Below are positions 50,901 through 63,675 of a stretch of DNA of 64,000 nucleotides, in pieces. Every line of letters begins with the position of its first letter. The first letter of the stretch is position 1. The notes below the pieces were generated by a model. It searched no databases. It worked only from the letters and a program-made list of their open reading frames with translations, and was not told the DNA's origin. The DNA lies in contig MCFE01000315.1 in assembly GCA_002104905.1 (NCBI GenBank), positions 33,259 through 97,258 on the forward strand. The letters are read 5' to 3'. A program made the position numbers and the translations under genes. The stretch comes from Basidiobolus meristosporus CBS 931.73 (lineage: Eukaryota > Fungi > Basidiobolomycota).

Positions 50901-52551
50901 TGTTGAAACCTAAGAAGTGATTTGGTTATAAGGAACTTATCAAGAAATATTGTTAGTAGTTGAGCTGAAGTTTATTTACAAAGAAGCTCCTTATTTATAC
51001 CTTTGTAGAAGTAATTCAGCTGTAACACTAAGTAAGGAGGGTTTCTCAACACTAAGCAGCATCCTGTAACTGTTTCAGGGTTGGCACCTAATATTTAGTA
51101 AAAGTGTTAACTTCATATTAACCGTAGGGGAATAATCATAGCATTGTAGATCTGCAGAAAGTTGCAAAGTTAGGGCTGTAAGTTTGTCTTAAAGTGACCA
51201 AGATGAGTCTGCAAATGTTAAGTAAATTTTTGGTTGCTGAATGATACCAAATAGTCCAGTATTGCAAGACCCCCTCTCAACCAAATAAATTGTTAATCCT
51301 AATTCCTCTCTCAAATTCTGACATTGTGGCCTAGCTAAAAGTTTTGTCAATATATCTGTCACCATTCTGTTACTTTGGCAGCAAACTAACTCCACTAAGT
51401 TGTTTTCTGCAGCTTGCCTCACATAGTGGTATTGTATATCTTTGTGCTTAGTTCTGGCATGATAAGTGGGGTTCCTAGCTAATGAAAACAAACTTGATCA
51501 TCCTTGTAAGTACATGTTAGCCCATCCAAATTAAATTCTAGGTCTTTGAGTAGTTCTTTAGCCATATAGCCTCCTTGGTTGCTTGACAAGCAGCTGTATA
51601 TTCAGCTTTGGCTGTAGTTCAAGCCACAGTTGGTTATTACCTTCTTTTCCAAGTACTAGCTGTGACAGCATAAAGAATACCATACCCATTAGTAGAGCAT
51701 CTGTCAATCAGACCCCTACTCTAATCTGAATTTCTGAAACATCAATTCTTTGCCTATTAGCTGCCCCAGAGTGATCCAGTGCCAAGCTCATGATACCTGT
51801 AGATATCTGAAAATCTGCTGAACTGCCATATTCCAAGAAAATAGCTCAATTTTTTAAGATCTTTAATTTCAAACCTGCTGAAGAGATCAACTTTTGATGG
51901 TTTACATGCCTCCTGATAACTTGTAGCTATTATTAGGTTGATCACTTTGGTTGATCACTTATAGTTACTATTTGGTTGTCCACATATCCACTAGGATCAT
52001 CACACCATTTTCGAGCTGGTTCACATATATGCTATGATCTGCAATGCTATAATTGAACTCAGTCTCCTCTAGATATTTGTAAATCTGTTATACCATGCTC
52101 TGTGTGCTTGCTTAAGCCCATACAACAATTTTGGAATCTCAGAAAAGAATTAGGATTAAAAAAATACTTAGCTGAAGGGGAGTGTTGAAATACTGGACTA
52201 TTTAATATCTATCAGCAGCCACAAATTTACTTAGTAATTTGGGACTAGCCTTGTTCACTCTAAGACTAACTTACAGCCCCAACATTGACACTCTCTTCAG
52301 AACTACAATCTTATGATTATTCCCCTAGAGTCAAGAGCAAGTTAGCACTTTTACCAAACATCATATACTAACCCTGAAGCTGGTACAGAATGCACCTGGG
52401 TGTTGAGGAGCTCTCCTTTCTTAGTGTTACAGTTGGATTACTTCTACAAAGGTACAAAAACTGAGCTCCTTTATGAATAATGAACAGCTCAACTATTATT
52501 GCTATTTCTTGATAAGTTCCTTATGTCAAAATCTCTTCTTAAATTGCTACA
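50901..52551. mobile_element. Copia remnants: - strand LTR 50901-51269 with RNase H relic; + strand PPT and LTR 52183-52551
   Basis: ORF 51189-51491 ARNPTYHARTKHKDIQYHYVR; LTR homology. Confidence 0.8.
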
Positions 52552-52599
52552 TGCATTATGTAGGAAGCTCCCAGAATGTGAAGTACGGTCTAGTATTCT

Positions 52600-54540
52600 C
52601 CCCATATCAGGCAGAATGTGCCAGTGAATGGATGCTGCAGGAGCAAAGATCTATATACTCAGCCTTATGCTTGTAGTATAACCACCCAAATCCTATCACA
52701 AACTCCCTTCCATAAAGGCTGTAGATGTGCCTAGCTGGCATTGGTGATCTACTTCTAGAAAAATGATTCTACCGCATCAACTTATACCTACCAATAGACT
52801 TAGTGGCATCTTGCTAGAAATGACCCCCAAAGGCCTCTAGAATAAGTATATATACAGTTTATTCAGTCCTTTCATTTTTGTTGCTGCATTTTACTATGAA
52901 TATTAAGAGGAGTTTGTGAGAAATACTTCAGGTAATGGATGCACTGCAATATCAAGCTAATACTATCAAGATATTCTGGTACTACAAAGGACTCTTAGCT
53001 TTAAACAACCCATGTTCAGCTTGATCATAAGTATAGAGATATTACTGAGCACAGATGCACTGCACCCAGTGAAAAGCTTTTGCTCTGTTTGATTTCCTAT
53101 ATCTTAGGTACCTCAGGTTTTTGATTAATTCGAAAATCTGTCAAATGGATTTGGGCTGCCAGCCTTGCTGCAACCGCATGCGGCCTACTGTACATTCTCA
53201 CTGTGGGAAGATAATGTGCTTAATATAGATGTTTTGATAATCATAACATGTGCAAGTCATTGAGTAAATACCTTGGATCTTACACACTTGATTGCATTTC
53301 CATTCATTATGCCAAGAAATGCTTACTTGTGGCTGGGATATCTTCAATGCAGATGATAATATATGAATCAACTGGATAGTCCCTTACCAGTATCTTGCTT
53401 GAAAACACAAAAGATTTGTCTTGCAATGAACACAGGTAGCAGTCCAGGTTAAGCACTAATTTAGGCCCAGATATATGTGAAACTGCCATACAACTACTGC
53501 TCTGATACTGTAAGATTGACAGCTGATTCATGTTGATCAGAATTAGTGGCCAGCAGAATCTGCTGGCAGAGTACTTAGTCAATGAGAATCCATCAAGTGG
53601 CAAAACAAAGGCATGATCATAAGCACCATTAAGTTGCCCATGCTTCTTGAATGTTTGTGATATTTGTCATCAGCTATATTGGAAATGTTTGCGCTTTATC
53701 AATGCTGAGCATAAAATTTTTAAGCTTCACACTAATGGTTGGACTGAACAAGCATCTTTGGGTATGGTATTACTATTATATATCTATAGTGTGAGCAATA
53801 TTTCCCACCTGTGCAGGTGGATTCCTGTCAGGTTGGACACCTTGCAATGGTCCATTTTCTGATGTGAAAACTAAGAAATTGCTAACACATGCTTATATCA
53901 AGACAGTCTCTAGTACATATGGTACCAGCTGCATGATGGTTCTCCATCTGTACCAGATACATGGTCAGTTGCATCCCAGAATGATTTTGCCAAGAAGTTG
54001 CAGTAAGTCATTGAAGTCCCTGTTACTTACATTGGTGGAAGTAAATCACTGCTCCAACCACAACATCACATTCTTCACCAGTAAATAGATTACTGGGCTC
54101 ATAGAGTTCTATAAGGTATCCTTGGTATTTTTCCCAGGTGCTGTCTTGTGGCATAATGAGATTTTGCCAGGCTCATGCAGGGTACTGTGGTGAAGGGTGG
54201 TGGGATCAAAATCTATCAGTGAACCTTCTTCTTCAAGGCTACCACTTTATGGGCCAAAATCAGAAGACAAAAGTGAGCTAAGCAGCATCAAATATTCCCC
54301 TGAATCATTATGCACAAGGTGAAAAGTATGGCTGGGGGCTGTTATGGAAGTATCATGTGGCTGGCACAATATTGTTGGCACAGCTGTGTCTGGTGAATGC
54401 TTAAATATGACTTGTATGACAAAACACTTGCCACAGTTCTTGTAGTACTTCCTAAGCTATTGGCATGCCTCACAGCTGAAAGACTTGTTACAACAGTCAA
54501 TGGCTTTGTTTCCCTTCTCTTAGAGTTTTAAATCAGACTA
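52600..54540 (-). pseudogene. CACTA Tnp2 transposase, another copy (a further fragment at ~49950-50340)
   Basis: PLDGFSLTKYSASRFCWPL...ISGPK...EDIPATSK, colinear with 2700-4500. Confidence 0.8.
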
Positions 54541-55677
54541 GTAGTCTTATGTCTGAATGCTTCTAGTATTGAACTATATTTTCTCCTTAGTAAATGCTGC
54601 TCTGATGCATCTGTTTGGGCCTGCTTGTTCCTTGCTGGTGCTCTGGGGTAACCTGACACATTTTTCCCCCTTGCTTCAAGCTGCCAGCACATGTAGCAAT
54701 GGGCTCCTGAGGTAGCTGCTGGTAATTGTCACTGCCTAGTCCTTCACTGCTACTTTGGCTAAGTGCTTCTTGGGTGGAACTAAGCATTTCCCTTGATAAA
54801 TTTTGCACTGGTGCATCTGTGTCTGCATGTCTGTTCCATATTGGCACTCTTCCAGCTACCTGATGTCTATTTGATGCTTGTTTGGAGCTTTTGGCCCTGC
54901 TTGTAATGTGCTCATGTGGAAGCTGCTTGTTTTCACCCATTACACCCTTTTTCTTCTGACCTTGATGGTTTCTACTGCTCTTGAGATACTCTTTTAGCAT
55001 CCCAATACTTGCTCATAATTCATTTGCTTGTTTGAATCCAGGATTGTGCTCATGGAATAGGTCAAGTGTATTTGGCTAGGCCTTTAGTTCAAGATGGTCT
55101 TGTGGTATGCTGGCCTTATGGTGCTGGCATGCTAGACTTCTAACTGCCTCTTGAATACTAGCCCACTCTTCTTCAATGCACCCAACAGCTTCATAGATCT
55201 TCAGTGTTTTTTGATTCTTAGGCTTTGGTATACACACTGTAGCTTCTCCTTACAAGGCTTTGATAGATTAATCTGAGGGCTTTATCTTTGGGCACTGCTG
55301 TTGTGCCACAAAGACTGCAGATTATTCCTCTACTGTTACATTAGAAAATGGCACAATTCTTGGATGTGACATTGTGCTATACAAGTTCCCTGTTTGCACA
55401 AAGCATACTGCCTTATCTTTCTCTAATATTGATTGCTCTACACCAATTATCTGCTTGTCCTGTTTCTTAGCTATTTCTTGACTTCTCTGGTCCATTGCAT
55501 CTATCCTATCAGTTACTGCACCTAATTGCAACATTAATTCTTAGTACAAGCTGACAACACACTTGCTAATATGAGTGGTGGTGATATCAAAACAGCCACT
55601 TGCTGGTTTTCAAATGAAGGTACTGCTTTGGCTACACTGTCACCTGCCTGAGTATTATAGGGATCTTGCAGCACCAC

Positions 55678-56755
55678 TGTAGTGGGGTCACAGTGACACC
55701 CACAGGCAGATGTGCTCATTCTTATGCGTTCACTTCCCTAAAAAGGATTACCCCGCCTATATTATTATCATCCCAAATTTGCAATATTTCCTATTTTTGT
55801 CTATGTGATTATTACTATGCAACCTGACAAACTATTTGTCACTATTAACCCATTGCACAAGCTATTCTTATTCCTTGCCGAGATGCCAAGATAAGATAGT
55901 TACCTTATATGGCAAGTACCCCAACAGTGCCCATGTCATGTGACCATCTTGGTCTCATAATCCCCCATCTCACTACCATAAGAGGCAACCACATGACACA
56001 GAGGTTTCATGTTACCACTACCTGATTGGCTAGGTACTACTATGTCTCATGGAACAATCCGCCAAGAATTTGCGCTATTTTTAGTACACAAAGACATGAT
56101 TGGTTGTCTACTACCTTCTGGAAACTTCGGGAAAGTATTTTCTAGCAAGAAATTGAGCAGCAAAAAAGTATATAAGGGAGGCTATCCCTTAAAATAAATC
56201 ATCCCTCTTCCAATATTCCAACTTATTGATTAGTGAGATCACCGCTACCTATTACCACTATTTTCTGACTCAGACCTGACAATACTCCCAGGAAACTGCG
56301 CTGACAGCCAACTGACCTTGGAGGCACTACTTGTGAGGAATACTCAGAGTAGGTATATTTTATTATATTGTTTGTTTTCCCAAGTTTGTTCTTGTACAGG
56401 CAAAGATACTTTTCAGTCTTTGTAACTATTGGTCAAAGCTGCATTCTTATCAAGTCCCTGTTGGTGGAGTTTACAGTTGTTTTGACTTTGGAAGCTTTAG
56501 TACATTGTCATCTCAAAGGACGTCAAAGCCATTATTAACTTTTGTTAAGACGCCAACTAAGTTGGGGATTGTAGTTCAATAGTTTTCCCTTGACAAGCTT
56601 GAGGCTTTATCCCCCATCACATTAGATTAGATAAAAGACCCAGTATTCCTAGCAAGCTTTTGCCAGAGGTTATTGCACCCAGTGAACACCCCACACACAT
56701 TCACACTTGAGAAGTGTTGGTCGTATTTTGCCCTTTGGACTTATACACCACCACA
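55678..56755 (+). repeat. Gypsy C 5' LTR (1078 bp)
   Basis: TGTAGTGG...CCACCACA; about 7 substitutions and 4 small indels versus the 3' LTR (by eye); TATATAA at ~56169. Confidence 0.97.
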
Positions 56756-56759
56756 TATT

Positions 56760-56776
56760 TGGCACCCAACGTGGGG
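56760..56776 (+). promoter_or_regulatory. PBS for tRNA-Lys(CUU)
   Basis: TGGCACCCAACGTGGGG vs the canonical Lys1,2 PBS TGGCGCCCAACGTGGGGC; the internal difference is CpG->CpA. Confidence 0.85.
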
Positions 56777-56895
56777 GGTTCATACAAGCTCCCTAGGACC
56801 CAACAAGATTTACCTGAAGATTTGAGCCGTCACCCATTTATTGAAACAAGACTACTGATATTATCAAGACTATAACACCTACCTACATACCCAAA

Positions 56896-57762
56896 ATGAA
56901 CTCTATGCCGTTACCACTCTCACATGGAGCCCCACAGTTTGATGGAAAGAATGTGGAGAGCTTCATATTCAAATGGGAGAAGCTCTGCAAGATGTGCAGC
57001 CTATCTGAACAAGAAATGGCTGAAGACTTCCCCTACTACTGCACTGATGATATTACTACCAAGCTTCTCAGACAAGGAGACATTCTGACTGACTGGACCT
57101 TAATGAAGACCTACCTACAGGCCGAGTATGGCAGACCCCAGATATACTATGGAATTGAAGACCTCAGACACTTTGGGAGGATGGGACTCTCCAAGCTACC
57201 AATTGAAGAGTTCATTCAACAATATGAAGATATGGCCAAGCCACTCCTAGAGTCCCAGGCGATAACTGAGTTTACCATGACACTTTACCTTGCACAAGGG
57301 CTTCCCCAGGAGTTGGCAAGGAAAGTTGACCTACATGCAGCCAAGGATGACAAGTCTGGCATTCCTTGCTTTGCAGAGATGAAACATGTACTCCTAGAGG
57401 CAAAGCAAACTTCTACCTTCATGAGACTCCTGACATCTAATCTGCCAGACCAGCCAACCAAGGAGCTAAAGAGTGCTGTTGCTGACAATCAGACCTACAC
57501 TACCAACAGAATTGACCAACTTGCTGAACAGCTACAAAAGCTAGCCCTCAAGGTTAACGGCTCAGCTGAGGTAGCTACTGAGGGCCAAAGAGCTTTGTCT
57601 AGACACTGCATTTGGTGTGACTCTACTCAGCATGCCAGACGTGAATGCTCAGAGCTTAGCCAGCTACTTAGAGAAGGAACAGTACAGTTTGATGCTGATG
57701 GAATGCTTGCTGATAAGGAAGGAAAAAGGATTCCCACTAATTTCCGAAGAGGCGGAATGTGA
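56896..57762 (+). CDS. gag: Gag (288 aa) with a CCHC zinc knuckle
   Basis: APQFDGKNV..F...WEKLC; CIWCDSTQHARREC (CX2CX4HX4C); ends GGM-TGA in frame with pol. Confidence 0.9.
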   Translation: MNSMPLPLSHGAPQFDGKNVESFIFKWEKLCKMCSLSEQEMAEDFPYYCTDDITTKLLRQGDILTDWTLMKTYLQAEYGRPQIYYGIEDLRHFGRMGLSKLPIEEFIQQYEDMAKPLLESQAITEFTMTLYLAQGLPQELARKVDLHAAKDDKSGIPCFAEMKHVLLEAKQTSTFMRLLTSNLPDQPTKELKSAVADNQTYTTNRIDQLAEQLQKLALKVNGSAEVATEGQRALSRHCIWCDSTQHARRECSELSQLLREGTVQFDADGMLADKEGKRIPTNFRRGGM

Positions 57763-60700
57763 GCCCTTTTCCAGAAGTCTGACTCAGCAACTAGAAAAAT
57801 TACTGTTGATGCCCCTATTGAGACTCATACAGTGAGTCCAAACAGCCCTGACAACAGAAAATACGAAGTAGACACCTTTGCTACTAAGAGACACCTTCCT
57901 GAAGAACCTGTCAAACCCATCCTTAGAAGACCACGATTTGAAGAGCCTGAGGTTATTATTGACAAGAGGCATAGAACACTGCCTACCCAAGACCCATTAC
58001 CTCACTTTCAGATGACCTCAAAGATAGCAGGCTACTCAAGCCCCCAATTGATTACTGAGAAACTACTGAAGCAGAACCTCACTTTGTCAGTTGGAGAAAT
58101 CATGAGTGTATCACCGTCTGTTAGGAAGACCTTTGATGAGCAGCTTAGAACAAGAAGACAAGCTGTTGAACATATGGACACCCATATAATCCAGACAAAC
58201 CATGAAGACCACAAAAAGGATGACAATGCTACCAAATACAAGACCTTTTACTCAGTTGCAACTGCTGTGGTGAAAGGGTACATATATGATGACCCTGTTG
58301 ACTGCCATATTGACAGTGGTTCAGAGATTTGTGTTATGCCGCTAGACTTCTGGAAGACACTTAGAAGCAAGGAGCTACTGCCTGTTGATAGAGATATTGG
58401 ATGGAACATGACTGATGCAAACTCAGGGTCTAGCCCACTCTATGGTGTAGTGCACAAGTTCCCTATTGAGGTACAAGGAATCAAGGTCTGGCTTCCCCTC
58501 TTTATCTGCCAGAAGGCAAACTTTGACCTTCTGTTAGGCAGACCATGGGAGACCAGTACTAAGGCTACAACTACCAACTATTCTGATGGGTCAGTGTGGT
58601 ACACTATACAAGGATCCAACCCAGGACTACAGTCAACATTCTGTGGGGTAACACCCAACAATAAGAGGACACATACCGCTTGCCAGAAGACACATCTTGT
58701 TATAGAAGAAGATGAGGAGCTTGACAGTATACACCCTAACAGTTGGAGCTGCTCATTAGGTATACAGGAGCAGTCAGCTATGGTTTGCACAAAATACAAG
58801 ACAGTGGAACAGAAGATTAGACCATCACTTACACCTTTAACTGATGGGTCTCGACCTGCTGATTACATCAGACCACCAGAAGGAACACCAGAAGATATAC
58901 GACTTACACCTGAGAGACTTAAGCAACTTATCATTGGTGATGGAAACCTAACACCGGAGGAGATCTTACTATTTGAAGAAACCCTGAAAAGGCTTGATAA
59001 GGTTTTCTCATATAACAACAAGGAGATGGGACTCTTAAAGACATCAGTTGAAAAACCTATCAAAATTCATACAGTGCCCCACACACCCTGGTCATTTAAA
59101 CCTTACCCACTGCCTAGAGGACTCCAAGCTGATGTGCATGACCTACTTAAGAAGAAGATTGAAGCTGGTATCCTAGAACCTTGCCATGGACCTTATGCTA
59201 ACAGATGGTTTGTGACCAAAAAGAAGAATGGGAAGCTCCGATTCATTCAAGACATGCAACCTGCAAATGCTGTCACTATCAGAGATGCCGCAATACCTCC
59301 GTCTATTGATGACTTTGCAGAAAGCTTTAGTGGTCACTCTATCTACTCAACATATGATCTCTACTCAGGATACGACCAGATTCCCCTAGATGAGACATCA
59401 AGAGATATGTTTGCACTCCAGACACCATTTGGACTGTTAAGAATGACAAGACTTAGCCAAGGGGCAACAAACTCCGTGGCTCAGTTCCAGAGGTGCATGG
59501 TAAATGTGCTCTACCAGTTTATACCTGAGAAACTTGCTGTCTTTGTTGATGACTTAGGCATCAAAGGACCAAAACTCCAGGACACAACTGAAGTTATGCC
59601 TGGAGTAAGAAAGTTTGTCTATGACCATATTTCAGACAATGATGTCATATTAGGAGCCATTGAAGAAGCTGGACTCACCATCAGTGGTGAGAAAAGCAGC
59701 TTTGGTGTATCAGAGATATCCATTGTTGGACAAAAATGCAACACATTTGGCCGTTCACCCGGAGACTCCAAGACACAAAAGATATGCAACTGGCCTACCC
59801 CCACAAATCTAACACAAGCTCGTGGCTTTGTGGCAGCTTGTGGGTTCTTTAGGATCTGGATCCCAAGATTTTCTGAGATAGCAGAACCAATCTACCGACT
59901 ACAGAGAAAGAATGCCCCATTTAACTGGGGAGAAGAGCAAGAAGAAGCCATGCAATTACTAAAAGAGGCCTTAGTATCTCCACCAGTTCTGAGACCTCTT
60001 GACTATCAGAACACTGAATGCCCACCTATCTTGACGGTGGATGCAAGCCCTGTAGGAGCTGGAGCACTACTTGGCCAAGATGATGAAGATGGTAACCGCT
60101 ATACCTGCAGATATGAGAGCTGCCTCTTCTCTCCTAGAGAACAAAGATACTCACAGATTAAGAGAGAGCTACTAGGAGTTGTGAAGATGCTGAGAAAGCT
60201 GAAGTCACAACTCTACATGACACATTTCATCCTGGAGACAGATGCTAAGCCACTTATAGGAATGATCAACAAGCCTGATCTACCTGATGATGCCACAAAT
60301 TGGTGGATGGCATGGCTGAAAATGTTTGACTTTGAGGTCAGACATATCCCTGGCAAGACAAATGTTGTGGCTGATGCACTCTCCAGGAAGGGACCACAGT
60401 TGTCTGAAGATATGGACCCTGACTTTGATGACATAATTGATGCAGAAATCCGACAACTACACGTGAAGAAGCCCAGCAACTCTACGTGGAACACCATTCA
60501 AGACTATCTGAGAACCTTAGAGAAGCCACCAGAAATGAGCCCACATGATTTCAGAAAGCTCAGGAAGAAGGCCCATCATTTCTACATAAAAGACGGCCTC
60601 CTCTTCAAACGAGTAAAGCCTGGACAGACACCAAGAAGAGTTATAGTTGAGCTCCAAGAACAACTGACTATTATGTCAAGCCTTCATGAAGGAAGACCCG

Positions 60701-61755
60701 GTGGTCATAGAGGCAGAGATGCCACTTACAATGTTGTTTCCAGTAGATACTACTGGGAGCATATGTATCATGATGTCCAACACTTTGTTGAATCTTGTGA
60801 CATTTGCCAAAGAAGGTCAACCAAGAGATATGAGGAGCCACTCCATCCAACCTACACACCTTGTCTATGGCAGAAGGTTGGCATTGACCTGGTCCACATG
60901 CCAACTGCTGGAACCAAGAAGTACCTTGTTGTTGCCAGAGATGATCTGAGTGGGTGGGTAGAAGCTCGAGCCCTACCCAATAACAAAAGCCACACCATAT
61001 GGAGATTTATTCTTGAAGATATAATATGCAGATTTGGCTGCATCAGCCAGTTTGTTGCTGACCGAGGAGAAATGACCTCAAATTTGATCCAGGAACTCTG
61101 CTCACAATACAAGATACATATTGCTTTCACTACCGCTTATCACCCACAGGCCAATGGAATGGTTGAAAGAGGCCATGGCCCGCTAGTTAACTCCCTGGTC
61201 AAGAGCTGCAACAACATGACACTACAGTGGCCTACACAGCTTCATCTAGCACTCTGGGCCAGATAGAATCACTACAAAAGTGCAGCACAAGGTCTATCTC
61301 CCATTCAAATTGCTTTACGGACATGATTGCGTTCTTCCCATAGAGCTTGACTCAATATCCTGGAACATGCTAGAGTGGAGAACTACAATGAGTACAGAAA
61401 GAACTACTGACTACACGCATCAAACAGCTTGATCACCATGAACTTGATATTACCCAAGCAGCTGCTAAACTCAAAGAGACAAGACTTCAGAACAGGGAAC
61501 CATTTGACAAGTCACATAGCCTTAGACCAAAGCCATTACTGGCAAGGAGATCCAGTACTGCTCTATGATTCCACTTTAGACAAGCAGTGGAGTCGCAAAT
61601 TTGACAATAAGTGGTCTGGCCCATATATTGTCTCTAAGGTGATTGGAAATGGAAGCTACTACCTGTCTGAACTTGATGGAACACCGCTAAGAGCACCTGT
61701 GGCAGGAAACCGACTTAAGCTATTCAAGCACCGGAATTTCGCACATCACATTTAG
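57763..61755 (+). CDS. pol: Pol (PR-RT-RNase H-IN); open to 61266, with a frameshifted C-terminus to 61755
   Basis: HIDSGSE; DLYSGYDQ...FVDDLG; TVDASPVGAG, ETDAKP; H..H...C..C; GIDLVH, VADRGE, GMVERGH; WSGPY...GNRLKLF. Confidence 0.93.
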
Positions 61756-61780
61756 TTTGCTTTGACCTGAGTTCAAAGCT

Positions 61781-61794
61781 GAGAGGGGGGTGGA
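61781..61794 (+). promoter_or_regulatory. Polypurine tract
   Basis: GAGAGGGGGGTGGA immediately before the 3' LTR. Confidence 0.9.
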
Positions 61795-62870
61795 TGTAGT
61801 GGGGTCACAGTGACACCCACAGGCAGATGTGCTCATTCTTATGCGTTCACTTCCCTAAAAAGGATTACCCCGCCTATATTATTATCATCCCAAATTTGCA
61901 ATATTTCCTATTTTTGTCTATGTGATTATTACTATGCAACCTGACAAACTATTTGTCACTATTAACCCATTGCACAAGCTATTCTTATTCCTTGCCGAGA
62001 TGCCAAGATAAGATAGTTACCTTATAGGCAAGTACCCCAACAGTGCCCATGTCACGTGACCATCTTGGTTTCATAATCCCCCATCTCACTACCATAAGAG
62101 GCAACCACATGACACAGAGGTTTCATGTTACCACTACCTGATTGGCTAGGCTACTATGTCTCATGGAACAATCCGCCAAGAATTTGCGCTATTTTTAGTA
62201 CACAAAGACATGATTGGTTGTCTACTACCTTCTGGAAACTTCCGGAAAGTATTTTCTAGCAAGAAATTGAGCAGCAAAAAAGTATATAAGGGAGGCTATC
62301 CCTTAAAATAAATCATCCCTCTTCCAATATTCCAACTTATTGATTAGTGAGATCACCGCTACCTATTACCACTATTTTCTGACTCAGACCTGACAATACT
62401 CCCAGGAAACCGCGCTGACAGCCAACTGACCTTGGAGGCACTACTTGTGAGGAATACTCAGAGTAGGTATATTTTATTATATTTGTTTGTTTTCCCAAGT
62501 TTGTTCTTGTACAGGCAAAGATACTTTTCAGTCTTTGTAACTATTGGTCAAAGCTGCATTCTTATCAAGTCCCTGTTGGTGGAGTTTACAGTTGTTTTGA
62601 CTTTGGAAGCTTTAGTACATTGTCATCTCAAAGGACGTCAAAGCCATTATAAACTTTTGTTAAGACGCCAACTAAGTTGGGGATTGTAGTTCAATAGTTT
62701 TCCCTTGACAAGCTTGAGGCTTTATCCCCCATCACATTAGATTAGATAAAAGACCCAGTATTCCTAGCAAGCTTTTGCCAGAGGTTATCGCACCCAGTGA
62801 ACACCCCACACACATTCACACTTGAGAAGTGTTGGTTGTATTTTGCCCTTTGGACTTATACACCACCACA
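61795..62870 (+). repeat. Gypsy C 3' LTR (1076 bp)
   Basis: About 99% identical to 55678-56755. Confidence 0.97.
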
Positions 62871-62942
62871 CCGCAATGATTTTCAACTGCCTACTTGACT
62901 GAGAGCCTGAGGTGTTGTATTATTACCTTTAGTGGGCACTAT

Positions 62943-63675
62943 AGACTTGTTCCGTTGGATAGTGCCACATTGAGCCATGAGTACCAAATGATGCCATAGT
63001 GTGCCAGAGAGGCCAATATAGCCTCCACCTGGCCACAGAGTGTGAAACATAGCTCTGCATCCTCATGCAAAGCAGCCCCTGTGTTTCACCCATTGTGTTG
63101 GAGAAAATCCATTTTTTGACCTTTTTTTTGGATCAATATTGTGCAGGATGTATTAGAGCACCAGCAGATTGAAGATATGCATCTGGTACTCAATACCCTT
63201 GGCACTCTGAATCTAGCTCCTGTAGCTTGTATCATGTCACAAAAATGAATGGCACTATCTTGGTCCACTGGTACTATCTGGCACTATATTTAAATATTAG
63301 CCCTAAAGTAAGATCTATACAAAGCACTTATAGTGCCAGATAGTACCAGTGGACCAAGATAGTGCCATTCATTTTTGTGACATGATACAAGCTACAGGAG
63401 CTAGATTCAGAGTGCCATGGGTATTGAGTACCAGATGCATATTGTCAGTTCTACTGTGCTCTTACACATCCTGAGCTACATTGATCCACAAAAAAAGGTC
63501 AAAAAATGGATTTTCTCCTGTGCAATGGGTGAAATACAGGGGCTGCTTTACATGAAGATGCAGAGCTATGTTTCACACTCTGTGGCCAAGTATAGGCTCA
63601 CTTGACCTCTCTGGCACACTATGGCATCATTTGGCACTCATGGCTCAATGTGGGACTATCCAACAGAACAAGTCT
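62943..63675. mobile_element. Foldback MITE, copy 4, 733 bp, TSD TAT
   Basis: TAT at 62940-62942 and 63676-63678; AGACTTGTTCC...GAACAAGTCT. Confidence 0.95.

Larger units (their letters stand above)
55678..62870 (+). mobile_element. Near-intact Ty3/gypsy family C element, 7193 bp, 4-bp TSD CCAC/CCGC
   Basis: Paired LTRs, PBS, PPT and gag-PR-RT-RH-IN order; no chromodomain seen. Confidence 0.97.

Noticed and set aside
56009-56197. ORFs within the family C LTR (also 62432-62689)
   Set aside because: They differ between the two nearly identical LTRs through small indels and substitutions, and show no homology.
58032-61130. Antisense ORFs over gypsy C pol (and over gypsy B, copia and PHIS ORFs)
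   Set aside because: Short shadow frames of real coding sequence with no motifs.
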